DNA of 64,000 nucleotides from the NCBI RefSeq assembly GCF_009914755.1, contig NC_060928.1. One strand, written 5' to 3'. Source of the DNA: the human T2T-CHM13v2.0 reference genome, Homo sapiens. The notes beneath the pieces were generated by a model. That model had not been told where the DNA came from. It saw nothing but the letters and a program-made list of their open reading frames with translations, and did no database searches. Positions 62,456 through 64,000 of this stretch are shown here, one piece after another. Within the stretch, counting starts at the first letter, position 1. Each line of letters opens with the position of its first letter. Both the position numbers and the translations under genes were made by a program.

Positions 62456-63222
62456 ATGGGAGGCTGGGTCCCCTTGAGGAAGCACCCTACTACACTACTG
62501 ACAATTTATGCTGTTAACCTTTCTCCCATCCTTCCCCAAGGAGACCTCTGGCCTTTTACCAAGGTAACTGTGCACTGGGGAAAGGGAAATAATCAGACAC
62601 TTCGGGGACTACTTGACACTGGCTCTGAGTTGATGTGGATTCCAGGGGACCTAAAACGTCATTATGGTCCTCCAGTTAAAGTAGGGGCTTATGGAGGTCA
62701 GATAATTAATGGAGTTTTAGCTCAAGTCCAACTTACAGTGGGTCCATTGGGTCCCCAGACTCATCCTGTGGTCATTTCTCCAGTGCCAGAATGCATAATT
62801 GGCATAGATATACTTAGCAGCTGGCAGAACCCCCACATTGGCATCCTGACTGGTAGGATGAGGATTATTATGGTGGGAAAGGCCAAATGGAAGCCATTAG
62901 AGCTGCCTCTACCTAGAAAAATGTAAGTCAAAAACAATATCACAACCCTGTAGGTATTGCGGAGATAAGTACCACCATCAAGGACTTGAAAGACGCAGGG
63001 GTGGTGATTCCACACGACACCTGTGTTCAACTCTCCCATTTGGCCTGTGCAGAAGACAGATGGATCTTGGAAAATGACAGTGGATTATCGTAAGTTTAAC
63101 CAAGTGGTGACTCCAATTGTAGCTGCTGTACCAGATGTGGTTTCATTGCTTGAGCAAATTAACACATCTCCTGGTACCTGGTATGCAGTCACTGACTTGG
63201 CAAATGCCTTTTCCTCCATTCC
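62456..63222 (+). pseudogene. pol: HERV-L protease and RT N-terminus, truncated
   Basis: LLDTGS aspartyl protease motif; [22 protein letters not shown] and DLANAF RT motifs; jumps at ~63222 to 3' internal sequence. Confidence 0.92.
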
Positions 63223-63436
63223 TTATGTGACATAAGATTTATTGACTTCACATCAGCATTTAAGTATCGTTAACTTTATGTAATAGTATTTGGGTTGGGG
63301 ATTGGTGCATTTCTGGTTGTAGGAAGGATAGTTGTATTATGTTAGGTGTAATTATAAACCTTATTATTGTCTTTATTTGAAGATTATGTATGATCTCAGG
63401 AAATGTATATGGATTCAAGTTGATGAAAGGTGGACT

Positions 63437-63856
63437 CATGATGGTTAATACTGAGTGTCAACTTGATTGAACTGAAGGATGCAAAGTATTGATCCTGGGT
63501 GTGTCTGTGAGGGTGTTGCCAAAGAAGATTAACATTTGAGTCAGTTGACTGGGAAAGCCAGACCCACCCTTAATCTGGATGGTTACCATCTAATCAGCTA
63601 CCAGTGAATATAAAGCGGGCATAAAAACATGAAGTGACGAGATGGGCCTAGCCTCCCAGCCTACATCTTTCTCTCATGCTGGATGCTTCCTGCTCTCGAA
63701 CAGCAGACTGCAAGTTCTTCAGTTTTGGGACCCAGACTGGCTCTCCTTGCTCCTCAGCTTGCACACAGCCTATTGTGGGACCTTGTGATCATGTGAGTTA
63801 ATACTTAGTAAACTATTAAGTTTCTTACTTCTGTCCCTCTAGATAATCCTAATACA
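63437..63856 (+). mobile_element. MLT2A1-type 3' LTR
   Basis: CATGATGGTTAATACTGAGTGTCAACTTG...CCTAATACA. Confidence 0.95.
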
Positions 63857-64000
63857 CAGTGGTTTACCTTTTCTTGAGTTACACTATTCCAAATTCTTTA
63901 CTTTTCTCTCTACTATTAATGTGCTGGATCTTTTATTTTTATTTCAATTTTTTTTTTTTGTTTTTGGAAATGAAGGAGCTTCATTCAAAAGAGTAAATAA

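Larger units (their letters stand above)
60195..63856 (+). mobile_element. HERV-L provirus, internally deleted
   Basis: Two MLT2A LTRs, 5-bp TSD CAGTG (60190, 63857), PBS TGGTACCAGGAGTGG (60688-60702), purine tract before the 3' LTR. Confidence 0.97.

Noticed and set aside
62015-62926. HERV-L gag/protease ORFs as a domesticated gene
   Set aside because: Upstream gag has multiple stops and frameshifts, and ORFs of this length are usual in HERV-L remnants

Overview
AT-rich primate (human-like) genomic DNA with no intact protein-coding gene. Roughly half is interspersed repeat: about 20 Alus, L1PA/L1M/L2/MIR fragments, MaLR LTRs (MLT1/MST), MER41B, a MER61-type LTR, MER85, MER53, and an internally deleted HERV-L provirus with both MLT2A LTRs and a 5-bp target-site duplication (TSD). 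Nearly all ORF-track entries are repeat-derived or chance. The main unexplained signal is a heavily decayed Toll-like receptor gene relic on the minus strand (~15040 to ~9017). It shows, in order, an N-terminal cap, several LRRs, an LRR-CT and the C-terminal half of a TIR domain, and most resembles the TLR11/12/19/20 clade. This rests on hand translation compared with remembered TLR sequences and needs a tblastn/HMM check. Other points: an Alu whose B box is replaced by an inverted copy of nearby DNA, a filled/empty MER85 site pair, a perfect p53 site in an LTR, nested TE stacks, possible antisense lncRNA exons, and a weaker second decayed-gene candidate at 55-60 kb. Repeat subfamily names are by eye and approximate. 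The chromosomal locus was not identified.
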